Shown here piece by piece: positions 50,201-60,430 of a stretch of 64,000 nt of DNA (positions are counted from its first letter, which is position 1; each line of letters opens with the position of its first letter). The position numbers and the translations under genes were made by a program. The notes under the pieces are model-generated. The model did no database searches. It was not told the DNA's origin and saw only the letters and a list, made by a program, of their open reading frames with translations. Source of the stretch: Marsupella aquatica (taxonomy: Eukaryota; Plantae; Marchantiophyta); contig OZ316892.1 of assembly GCA_973895155.1 (NCBI GenBank), positions 7,237,251 through 7,301,250 of the forward strand, read 5' to 3'.

Positions 50201-51294
50201 ATTCCTTCATGTTATCTCAGGGGTTCACACGAAGTGAACATGATTGTTGTATTTACATGAAGGAGGTGGAGAATTATTCACGCTTTGGTTACATTGTGCT
50301 GGCATTGTACGTGGATGACATGTTGATCCTGGCTGAGAATAAGTCTGATGTTGCCCATCTGAAAGCAATGCTGAGTAAGGAGTTTTCAATGAAGGACTTG
50401 GGTCAGGCCAAGAAGATACTAGGGATGGAGATTCATCGTGACAGGGAGCAAAGGCAATTATGGTTGTCTCAGAGGCAGTATTTGGAGAAGGTACTTGCCA
50501 AGTATGGAATGGAGAATGCAAAACCAGTTGGTACTCCATTGGCCTCCCACTTTAAACTCTCAAAGAATGATTGCCCTTCTAGTGAGAGTGATAGACTGGC
50601 GATGAAACATGTTCCCTATGATAGTGTTGTGGGTAGTTTGATGTATGCAATGACATGCACTAGACGTGACATTGCCCACACTGTTAGCGTTTTGAGCAGA
50701 TTTATGGCAAATCCTGGTAAGCTTCACTGGGAAGCAGTGAAGTGGGTTTTGCGGTATTTGAAAGGTACCTTAGATTGTGGGATCTTATTTGACGGTAAAG
50801 CAGACTCTACATTAGAGTTGGAAGGTTTTGTAGATTCAGATTATGCTGGTAACTTGGATAACAGAAAGTCTACTACAGGCTATGTGTTTATGCTGGGTGG
50901 AGGTTGTATCAGCTGGAAGTCGGCAACTCAATCTTGTGTTGCGTTGTCTACTACTGAGGCTGAGTACATGGCTGCATGTGAGGCAACCAAGGAGCTGATC
51001 TGGCTACGGAGATTGGTGAGTGATCTGGGTCTTTCACCTGAAAGACCGGTGCTGCTGTGCGACAGTCAAAGTGCTTTGCATCTGGCTAAGAACCCTGTGT
51101 TCCATGCCAGGACAAAGCACATTGATATTCGTTATCACTTCATCCGTGAGGTGATTGAGACGAAGCAGATGTTTCTGGAGAAGGTGGCTTTAGAGGAGAA
51201 TGCAGCAGACATGCTTACCAAAGTTTTACCTACCAGTAGCTTTAGTCATTGTGTGGATATTATTAATGTTAGGGCCAAACCAGTGACTATGTAA
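47278..51294 (+). CDS. Copia Gag-Pol polyprotein (Gag, zinc knuckle, protease, integrase, RT, RNase H)
   Basis: Uninterrupted ORF with CWHCHEKGHTKWNC, WMLDSGSSYHV, LWHARLGH, HSDVWGP/RSDNGGEY/QQNGVAER, YKARLVAKG, LYVDDML, FVDSDYAG, TKHIDIRYHFIRE in copia order. Confidence 0.97.
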   Translation: MTSRKLAAPKFEVEKFDGKVSFSLWTRKVINVLIQQGLEKTLTGVKPSNLTDEEWEEMSVQACSTIELFLANNILKNVLGMDRNAKKIWDMLTQLYQSTSLTTRIYHLERLFRLKLKDGGNMRDHLSLFDEIVHEVATAGDKLTDEYLAMHLLMSLPQSYSTLVTVITHDKSTLKLDEVKATILAKWGKRQLSGRDNESAALVVRGRSTERTTDQSRSKSHSRSKSKSRSKKVQCWHCHEKGHTKWNCPSLSKQKRHASNGASSSSAGIVIADNEDAAEVLCIGVVNSVYDNKWMLDSGSSYHVCPTQSYFSTYQPCTGTVEIGNGVRCAIVGMGTIKFRMFDGVVRALTGVRHIPDISKNLISLGAVEAGGSHFTARDGALFVVKDDVSLIKALQQNNLYILEGDVIAPRVEHVDSVVERSDAAATSTVESSTAALIEAPSISGRTQAIDLWHARLGHLSGKGLAALANRDLLQGAQSGKLSFCEDCIFGKQRRVSFSSSSYHSHEILEYVHSDVWGPAPEPSLGGARYFVTFVDDYSRMCWLYYMKEKSQVFEIFKEWKAMVELQTGKELKCVRSDNGGEYKSNEFDQFGRDLGLKRHYTVPETPQQNGVAERLNRTLLEKARNMLCKSKFPNNFWAEAVNQAAYVYNLSPHSSKLMQTPFELWYKRPADYSRLRVFGCAAYVHIEQTHRSKLDPKSKKCIFLGFSPGQKGYKLWDPVDCKAVVSRNVVFDEEWLSRPRDIQEEQVEEPTTVELGGDEEAAGPSSRGAIPQPRRSTRANFGQPPDRFGFADPRVHVVEHDDDPGVILLTEDGDPSSYEEAMASPEKDKWMEAMLKEMNSLKKNSTWRLTDMPRGKTLVPCRWLYKKKQDGTYKARLVAKGYTQKEGLDYTEIFSPVVKLTTIRVLLAIVAFYDLELDQMDVITAFLHGLLDVEIYMTQPPGFIDEKTRHLVCKLLRSLYGLKQSPRQWNKRFDSFMLSQGFTRSEHDCCIYMKEVENYSRFGYIVLALYVDDMLILAENKSDVAHLKAMLSKEFSMKDLGQAKKILGMEIHRDREQRQLWLSQRQYLEKVLAKYGMENAKPVGTPLASHFKLSKNDCPSSESDRLAMKHVPYDSVVGSLMYAMTCTRRDIAHTVSVLSRFMANPGKLHWEAVKWVLRYLKGTLDCGILFDGKADSTLELEGFVDSDYAGNLDNRKSTTGYVFMLGGGCISWKSATQSCVALSTTEAEYMAACEATKELIWLRRLVSDLGLSPERPVLLCDSQSALHLAKNPVFHARTKHIDIRYHFIREVIETKQMFLEKVALEENAADMLTKVLPTSSFSHCVDIINVRAKPVTM

Positions 51295-51361
51295 ATATGT
51301 TACTTAGTTACATATTGTATATCACCTGACTCATTGTGTGAACTTGAGTCAAGGTGGAGAT

Positions 51362-51656
51362 TGTTAGGAATTGACTCTAGTTCCCGACATAGTTAGCTTG
51401 GCCTTACTAGGGTTAGTTTTAACCCTAGATTACATTAGGATAAGATCCGCTTAGTTTAGGCCCACTCATCTTGGCCCCCTTGGGGGGTATAGGCTGGAGG
51501 GAGAGCACTCTCTCCCTCATTCTTCACATGTACTCTCATTTGCTATGGAGCCTTCAAGAGTTTCTCCACTTGGGGTGTCTCGTCGGTGTAGCGTCTGATT
51601 GAGTGTCTCTCATGTTTCCGCATTGCTGTCTAGTCCGGAGCTGACGGTTTCTTACA
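51362..51656 (+). repeat. 3' LTR (TG...CA)
   Basis: Follows the PPT and is followed by TSD CATTC. Confidence 0.97.
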
Positions 51657-52370
51657 CATTCCACATCCTAATCGTTGAGAACTGTGATTGGAGGCTATAA
51701 TCGCATCAATATATCTGTTTAAAAGGTAACCAAGTTAATTGCAAATTAACAGTCGATGCCATTCTATCTTTTTCAATACAAGAGCTCAATCAGATTGATT
51801 GGTGATGCAAGCAATGTCAAACTTTAATTGACTGATTCTATGAACAGACAGTGATGTCTATATTGAGATCCTTCCCGTGGAATGGATGATACAATGATAG
51901 TTCTAGGCGAGCTAAAATGGCTATGATGCGTCTAATTTGAGTGCAGGTTCAGCAAAAAGTCTGGGAGTCCATTTCATTCTCACAAGGGATTCAACAGCGG
52001 ATAAGTAATTATGACATGAATCAGGACTGGGACGAAGAAAAGCAAGACTCATACAAAAACAGAAGGCGACCAAGTAAGAGTCCATTAGGAGCTCTTCAGA
52101 GCACCCAAGTGTTAACAGCAACGAACCCCTGCTGTTTGGGATCAGTACTTTTCAATCTCAATCAAAACAGGTGGGGGTCCACGAACTAATTTTTACTGTT
52201 CTCTTTGGTTCCCTGCCCTTGATTGCGTTTTTTGTGTGTGGTATGTTGGTTCCCAATTGGGTGCCTTTTGTTCTTGGGCAATTTGATATGTATATAACAT
52301 ATAATCTCTTGTAGGATATTGTTTCCCAACTGGGTGCCTTCTCTTCTTGAGCAGAAATATAAATAAATAA

Positions 52371-52375
<5 letters not shown>

Positions 52376-52407
<32 letters not shown>
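52376..52407. repeat. (TA)n microsatellite
   Basis: Perfect TA run. Confidence 0.9.
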
Positions 52408-52411
<4 letters not shown>

Positions 52412-53756
52412 GTGTACCATATGAACTCTTGGTTGAGTATATATATATATACTAGTCTTGACTACCTGTTCTTTGACGTGAATAGTGTAGAGGACAATAA
52501 AAGAATTATCAAAATATATTTTTTATTGAATAACAAAGAGGACAATAAAAAAATTATCAAAATATATTATCTATTCATATTCTTGGGAGGTTAATGACAT
52601 GATTATTTTTTTTAATTTTAATAGTCATATATAATATATCATTCTCCTTTATGGGCAGATCAGTCTTTTTTATCCACATTCATCTTCTATGCACATATTA
52701 ACGGTGGGGCCATAGTGTTTATATTTTTTGAATGTAAATATTTAGAAATTATCACCAAAAACTGACATGTACATACATCATAGTCATGTCATGAATGTCT
52801 CCCATGGTCAGACCTAACCTCTTAAAAGTAGATTTCATTTGGCTTTTCACTTGGTGTTTTTATAGTAAGATATATATAACGCGTACCATGATAAGTGCAG
52901 GCTTGGGACATCTTCTAGGAAAACTACACGTAGACAAGGTAAACTAGACAATATCGTACTCCCCTCTTGAGAGGAGCCTTGAGGACGAGCCCCAGCCTAC
53001 TCCCTGGCCCTGGCCCTGGCCGCAGGGAAAGCAACGCTGGTGGTACGGTACTCTTACTATATTGCGGAATGAACTGGGGGGGGGGGGGATAGACTTCTCT
53101 GCCCTACAGCACTGCAGTCGTAGAGTCTCTGACCATGCAGTTCCGTCGCAGTTCGCGGAGCGTACCGTAGTAGTAAGTCGATTGATTGCTCGTCGATCAT
53201 CACGCACTTCCACAGTGGACCACATTACAGTATTATGCGTTTCTATGGAGTTCGTTTCGATCGCAGTTATTGCTTGATTGTTGTCGTCTCTCCTCGCACG
53301 AGCAGCACAGAGCAGAGCAGAGCAGATCAACACTTCAGTGCAGAGAAGAGAAGAGCAGAGGAGACGAAGGATGGCGGTTGATTCGTCACGGCGCAAAAGT
53401 AGAGGACGAGGAAGGGAGGATTGATGCTTCATGCTTGATACTTGATTGATTGATCGAGATTAGTATTGTTGCTGTTGACGGCACTTCGGTCGAGGTTTTG
53501 GATCATTGGATGTCCGTCTGTCTGCCTCCGCTGCCTGTCTGTCTCCTACTACTGCACTGTACGGCGTCTCGCGCATCGCTTGGAGGAGAAGTGGCGTTAC
53601 TGTGCCGGTAATTTGCTCTCGAGCGAGAAGTGTTTTGCACTACTCTCCTCTCCTCTCCTCTCCTCTCCTCCCCGTGTCTGTCTGTCAATCTGTCTGTCTC
53701 CGACTCTCCTCATCGCTCGGAGAAGTCTCGGAGAAGTGGCGTTACCGGTAAGTTTT

Positions 53757-53797
53757 GAGAGAGAGAGAGAGAGAGAGAGAGAGTGAGAGAGAGAGAG
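53757..53797 (+). repeat. (GA)n microsatellite in the 5' region of the F-box gene
   Basis: GA run; (CTCTC)n at 53643-53670. Confidence 0.9.
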
Positions 53798-53902
53798 CGA
53801 GAGTTCTCTGCCTGTGTGCACATAAATTGGAGAAGTGGCGTGCGGGTGAGTTTTCGGAAGGGAGTGCTGGAAGGAAGTGAGGAGGGTGAAGGAGGAGGAG
53901 TA

Positions 53903-56900
53903 ATGGCATCGGCGGAGCGGAGTGGTGGTGAAGGGGGTGGTGATGACGCGAACGATGGTGGCGGACAGTGGGGGGAAAGGGAAAGACCGGCAGAAATGGA
54001 CAACAACAATAATAGTAGCAACGATGTCCGGCAGGAAGAGGTTGATTTGAGAAGCATCGAGGCGGAAGACGTCGGGGACGATGACGCCCTGGACGCCGAT
54101 TTGGAGCGGGAGTTTCTGCAGCAGCAGGAGGCGAAGAGGCTCTGGGAGGAGGCCGAGGAGGACCGACGAAGCGTCGGGTTCCCTCCCGCTACACAGACCT
54201 CGACTCCTACGACCGACGCCAATGATGAAGATGTTGATGATCATCATCCCCTGTTTCTCTCGACTAAGTTCGGGGAAGTACCGAACCGGGGTTACAGGTT
54301 TAGGGTTTCTCGCCATAACGGAGGGGAGGAAAGGCTTTTGACATTGTCGCCAGGCGCCAGGGTAGAGGAGGGCCTTAAAGTAGAGGAGAGGAGAGAGATC
54401 AAGCAGGGCAAACCCAGTAAACTGCGGGAATTGCTGTTAGAGCAGAAGTCTTTCCGTAGAGAAATGGGTTTGGATTCGGAGTTTGAGTTGCAACGGAGAG
54501 ATCCTACTCCGCCCACAACTGCAATCACGACTAATGGGAGTCCGTCTGCGTGGAACGATACAATGCTGGCCCTGTTCCCAATTGCTGGGAAGTTTGTTGC
54601 CAGCATGAATCACACGAAGACGGCGAGGGTTGCAAACGGCGGTAGTGGTGGTGGTGGTGGTGGTGGAGGGGAAGGATTGGGACATGGCGATGATCACATT
54701 TCGGAATTGCACGACGAGATATTTCAGGTGGCAGTTCCAACAACAGGGGCAGGGGGGCCAGAGGAGGAGAGGCCATCTGGGAGTTGGCTGAGGCTAGGGC
54801 TTCCGTCCAATTCGATGAAATGCAGCACTCAATCCGGTGAGAACGTTCGCTCTATTTCTTCCTTTAGACGAAATGTGGGGAGCTCTTCTAAATTGTCCGT
54901 TCGGACGGCTACGAGTTTGGAGAGGCAGTACTCGACAGGGTCTACGTCCACGGTGGAGAGCCCCGTTTTGCTCGTGCAGGAGAGGACGAGGAGCATTCGA
55001 CCTCGGGCAACGAGGGGGGAGCCTCATCCGTCTGCCAGTGGTGGTGGTGGTGGACGGCTCACATTCTCTTTCCCCGGTTGGGATGTAGACATTAGCAAGG
55101 GGGAGAAGTACCCCTCGGTTGTGAATCACAACCAAGTGGACAGTGCGTCTGAAGGGGGAGAATTCGGGAGGCCTCCGAAGCGGTTGAAAGAAGACAGTAG
55201 TCCCAATCCTTCGGCCAGTACAGCAAGTTGGGGAAAGGGAGTGAAAGAAAACTTGGGAGACCGGAGTCCGGTTTGGGAACTGCCCGATGAAATTCTGCTG
55301 CAAATCATGCGCAGGCTGAATGTTCAGGACTTGTGTTCGTCGGTACAGACATGTAAGCGGTGGTATGCTGCTGGGCTGCAGAACGACCTGTGGGAGCATT
55401 TTCTGGGAGGCGTAGATCGTGGAATGTTGAGCGACTCGTCGTCGGATTGCCTGCCCAGGTTTGTGCCGGGTTGATCAGCTGTATGCTGAGCTCTAATATT
55501 CGTTCTTGACTGATCTTTAGAGTTCCAGTAGACTTGGGTTTGAAAAAATGGTAGTCACATGAAAACACAATTTCTTTGAAGAGTTCTACTGATGCTCGTG
55601 CAATGATTAAATGAATTATTGAAGGAATGGATGATTGAGTGAATATAGTGTCTACGGGGACCCGAAAGCGCCATGGCACAAATAAAACACAAATGTTGCC
55701 GAGGTGGATGAACCTTATTGCACGGCAGACCAGGAGGTCAGCAAATTGGGGTCTCAAACGCAAGAAGGTCTAATGACGGATATGAGCGCTGTAACAAATT
55801 TTATGAACTGATACGAGCGAACCAATGTTTTAAGCTCATAACCAGTGAAGACGCTATAAAGCGGCCTGCTCGGTTCCTCATGTTGCATAGAAAGGTTTCT
55901 TGAGGTCGCGAACTTCAATTTGATGAAGCAGCTCGCCACGTTATTGGTTGTGCCAGCTTCTTGTGTTATCTTTACTTGGCCGCCTTTGCTTGGATGTCTC
56001 TGCTTTGGTCACTTTTTCTTTTCGTTCTCTTGAAAGCAAAATTCAAAGGTATGGCAGTTTCAGCAGTTTGATACGTCCCTCGTTTGAAACAGGTGGGTGT
56101 GCAAGAAAAATGTGTCCCTTTCTGAAACTATCCGGCTCCGATTTAACGTGAAGGCGGCGGTTTTCTCTAGAGCTTATGATAACCTTCGGCGGGCGTTGCA
56201 TGCATGGTGGAATAATGGGCTTTTAAGTTCCCGGTACAGCTCAAAGTGGATGTATTGTCTTGTCAGGAAGATGACCATGAATGACTGGAGTCTGCTGTAT
56301 GAAGCCCTGGGAATAGCTTTCGTAGATCGTACTGATCGTATAGCCAATACTTTGATGCGGAAGTTGAAGCCAGTCGCTCATCCGACTGGAGGGACAGCTT
56401 CAGAGTCGAATCCCGCTGAGAAGAGGGATAGTGATGCCGACATTGGAAGCCTTGCTGTTCTCTATGAGAAACCCAAAAGTAGTTATATTCGTAGCGGTAG
56501 TAGTTCAGAATTTGAGGTGCACTGGAGATCAGGATCAATCAAAGAGGTAAGCGAGGAGGAGGGTGACACAGGAAAGGAACTATGGGAATCACTATTAGTG
56601 TCATGGCAGAAGTACAAAGGCTGGTTACATTTGGTTTCCACTCACTGTCCTGATTTGAATCGTGAGGTCAACATTGAGAGAGCTAGGTGACATCTCTAAC
56701 CTGGCCTGCACATTATTTCGCACCGGCTGGTTACTTTTTATTTAGCTCGAAAGAAACAGTCATGATTTAAGTTAGAGAAGAAACAAAATGCTAGGATCAC
56801 CATGATTATCAACGTTTGACAAGGGTTGTTGTGTCGATTCGTTGCATGTCTTGTCTTATCGAATGAAGGTCTCCAAATCAACCTGCAACACCCACGGTCT

Positions 56901-57487
56901 ACAACAAAGGACTCATCTGCTTCAGGTAGTATGTATTTCGAGAGATTTGTTTCTTCCTTGAAGCTTGTGATGGCCATGTCATATCTTTGTCAGTCCTTGT
57001 GTACGCCCCCAAATCTCGGGCCAAGCAGGCTGAAATATTTTTAATCAGAACTTTTGGTTTATACAGGAGTCAGGTGGTGCTCCGGTATGGCCTTCGAAAT
57101 GTATTGCAAGCAGGGTTTTTCTATCTAACCACACAAAATTCTAGGGACTGTACGTCTGACCAAGATATGGACCTTCTTCGTGCTTCTCATCACATGTTAC
57201 AGGTAAATATTATTTCGGTCCCATTGTATCTCTTCCCCTTAAATTTTCTAGAGGGGGCCTGAAGTGAAAGGATTGTGGGGAGACTGGAGCTACTTTTATT
57301 GCACTTGTCGTCAAATTGTTTCGTGGAATTGACATGCTAGCTTATGCAGGAGTTGGACGTTGCTGATGATTTTACACTTCCTCCGAAGAACCACACCCAA
57401 ACGAAGCTGAGACAATGTTTCCGAAGTGCTTTGTCAACAAACTCGAAACTAGCTTTGCATATGAATGACAGGTTAAATCACTTGTAA
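53903..57487 (+). CDS. F-box protein with a long disordered N-terminus and a C-terminal cullin N-terminal-repeat-like domain; exons 53903-55458, 56093-56686, 56869-56925, 57067-57202, 57350-57487 (~826 aa)
   Basis: F-box VWELPDEILLQIMRRLNVQDLCSSVQTCKRW...LW. All four introns are GT-AG and phase-compatible (2481 nt, TAA at 57485-57487). The spliced C-terminus reads ...WQKYKGWLHLVSTHCPDLNREVNIERAR|SPNQPATPTVYNKGLICFR|SQVVLRYGLRNVLQAGFFYL...DMDLLRASHHMLQ|ELDVADDF. Confidence 0.85.
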
Positions 57488-57618
57488 ATACCAGCCGAAT
57501 CTATTTGTACATCACCTTTTTAGGACTTCTCTTCAAAGAAGTAGACATGTATATGGAGGCGGTCTTGATTGTCTCCCGGATGCTGAGAACCAGTACTTTG
57601 TGTAGCTTAGGATTCCTC

Positions 57619-57767
57619 TTAATCCACCACTGGCCATATAAAAAAAGAAGTGTCCAAGATTTCTCCCATTCCTCTCCTCTATCATAAGACTTCGCTCCAC
57701 AATTTCAGGAAAAAATACCAAAAATGGTAGTGGAACCAGGTTTTTGTCATGGCTAGTCGCTCTTTAA
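57619..57767. mobile_element. Second copy of the TTAA-flanked MITE, in the 3' region of the F-box gene
   Basis: Shares CCACT.GCCATATAAAA, TGTCCAAGA, CTCCACAATTTCAGGAA and CCAGGTTTT.GTCATGGCTAGT with 34840-35006. Confidence 0.7.
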
Positions 57768-59638
57768 AAGCAAAGTTAGACGAGGGTGAATGCAGTGCTG
57801 GTGTAAAGCCTTCTCATCACTGACCTGCACGATGAGCCCTTCCTCTTCACGTACCTTGAGATAGCTCCTCTAATGGCAGGAGAAGTGAGGCAAGCTACTG
57901 CCGATTGAGGCTGGGGCCGCATATTCGTCGATTTTGATTTACCTTCGATTTTTTTGCGATTTCATACCTAGGGTGAATTGAGGTACACTTGTAATTAATG
58001 GTTAGCTTTGAAGGAATTATAAAAGCATGGAAGGACTGAAGGGAAACTTTCAGAAGCGTTGCGCATTGTTGTGTACTGTGGGGTCTTAGTCTGGGTACGA
58101 TGGGACTGATGGCGCTGTGTGGATGCTTAGTCACAGACAAGTCGAACGTCATGCTCGTCTTTCTCGGTCTTCAAACATAAAGCATTTTAGTATTTGTCAA
58201 GCCGTGAGTGTTTCTCAACGGTCGTCCCGTTCGAGGAACTTCCGAACGTTAGATATTCTCGTCAAATCTGTTTCTCTGCCCACTTTACAGTTTTTTTTTA
58301 CCAAGAGGTTCTCTACAGTATGGTTTAGTTTCCACTGGTATCTAAGAAGTACTGTACTGCCACTGAATTAATGCCATTGCTCAACTTTTTAAGCTGGGCT
58401 ATCTGCACATTGAAGCTGATGGGGGAAGCTTCTGCAATTTCAGCTTCTCTTTTAAGCCAATGAATTTCAGCTTCAGTGGAGAGAAGCTGAAATTGCAGCC
58501 CTACTTCCTATAAAAAACATCAATCCTCACAACAGAACTTTGTGCTTCTCCCCCACTTGAGCTCAGTGGTATGAAGTCACGCCAATTGTGTCCCTGGTTA
58601 TGACATCGAATGATTACTAGATGTAGGTTCAGAGTTGGGAAGTTCAGATCAAGTACTGTACAGTAAGAAGTTCGAGAATTGGAAGAAAGTCCATCAAGGC
58701 TACAGAGGCATGCCGTAACCGGTTTGAACGAATCACAGCATGTGTGGAAAAATTCAGAATTATACACAAATGCCATACAGCAACAACGATTCCAATCACG
58801 ATCACTCAGTCTGATCTCTCCAAGAGATTTTCTAATGAGGGGCGAACGCAATGAAGCAAATGCTACACTTGGAGTAATCTTATTATGCCTCGAGCCTGAC
58901 AGCAGTAGTTAAACGTTGAGACTTGGGGATTCACAGGCCTTACATGAAATCGGCCTCACACTCAGTGTATCCAACCGTTATAGGAGATGATATGCAGAGT
59001 GTGACCCAGAAAATATTAATTCGTATAATGCTGATGTGTTAGAGAATAAACTGAAGCTAGCAAATGGAGGGAGAAACAATGACATCTCGACATCATTCTC
59101 AGTTTAAAAATTCAAGCTGCGAATCATTCTCCTCATAGATTATGCAGACGAGATACATCCACGTTACCAAAGAATAGAAATCTACTCTGATCTGTCTGTA
59201 CCCTACAAAGATAAAAGATATGCTCCAGTCCTACAAACTACTTGTCTAGGTTCAGATCCGGGAAACTCGGAAGACGACTCGGAGTCGAACTACAATAACA
59301 AAATTTAGTGTCCATGCAGTGAACAAGTTTGGGGGGACTTTGCTTGCTTTTCACGAAACACCCTCTCATAGAGAACGAGAGATGAGAGAAGGTGGGTATG
59401 CAACAGCAACGTCCTCCAGCGTCATCACAACACGTGCAATATGTTGCTCCAAGAATGTAGAAGAGTTGTTCTCATTCAAGTCCAGTGCAGTGTGACACCC
59501 ACACAGACGGTGATAAAATGCTACTTCTAGAGAACCAGTAGGGGAACTATTTAAGATGTATCAAGTAGCAACGCTGACCAAAACTACAAACACAACGCGT
59601 GACTATTCCCACACCAAAATTTGGGCAAGTCTGCTCGC

Positions 59639-60430
59639 TCAAAGCTGAGTCGGATAGAGGACCCGTCCCTCCACAGAACCCACGAACTCTCCAACGGGAG
59701 CAGAAAACTCCACTTTTCAATACACAAGCTCTTTGTTTTGGCTACCAAATCCTGTGCTTAGAATCATAAATGATTCTATTGGTCCGTGATCCATTGCACC
59801 TTCCATACTATGAAATTCGAGATATGCTAAGAGCTCACGGTCAACAGCAACAACATTCACCACACAGGTTGTCAAACCTTTAAATGGTGAATATTCAGCT
59901 AAGGCAAACGAATGCAATTCCGCCCATGTCTTCCCTTGAGCATCATATACATTAATATAATCTCGAGAGATTGAGTATAGCTTTCCTTGTGCCATAACTA
60001 GATGGCCGGGCTGCCCAAAAGATTCCACTACTCTCCACTCGTCCTTCATTGGATGGTACAAGTCCAAAGAATCTGCGATTACTTTGAACGACCCGTGCAT
60101 GTCGTTGGGAGTTGGAACTGAACACCATGCGCTGTACACCAACAATTCATCTCCCATCGCTGCAACTTCAAGATAACTTCGGAAAGAAGGCAGCCGCTTA
60201 GTTAAAGACCAAGTATTGTCCTTGGGATCATACACGTCTGGTCCGTACCAAAACCAATCCTCGCGTTCTCTGCCAAATACATATATCTTTCCACGGAGGA
60301 CAACACATTCCAATTCCTCTTTAGGATTTTGCAGACTTGAACATTGTTGCCACCGTCGCTGCCCAATCACATCCAACACAAACACCTGACGACCGTCTCC
60401 CACAAAGACGTTCTTCCCTTCATCCCTTGG
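59639..60430 (-). pseudogene. Kelch-repeat (F-box/kelch family-like) gene fragment with premature stop
   Basis: Kelch motifs CVVLRGKIYVFG, YDPKDNTW, YHPMKDEW, YDAQGKTW. There is no ATG or F-box N-terminus. After TGA at 59717-59719 the frame continues KVEFSAPVGEFVGSVEGRVLYPTQL*. Confidence 0.72.

Larger units (their letters stand above)
45329..51656 (+). mobile_element. Complete Ty1/copia LTR retrotransposon
   Basis: 295-bp LTRs at 45329-45623 and 51362-51656. 5-bp TSD CATTC at 45324-45328 and 51657-51661. tRNA-iMet PBS TGGTATCAGAGC at 45626-45637, PPT AAGGTGGAGAT at 51351-51361, intact gag-pol. Confidence 0.98.

Noticed and set aside
53597-55399. Long minus-strand ORFs (239, 170 and 201 aa)
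   Set aside because: Antisense shadows of the GC-rich first exon of the F-box gene.
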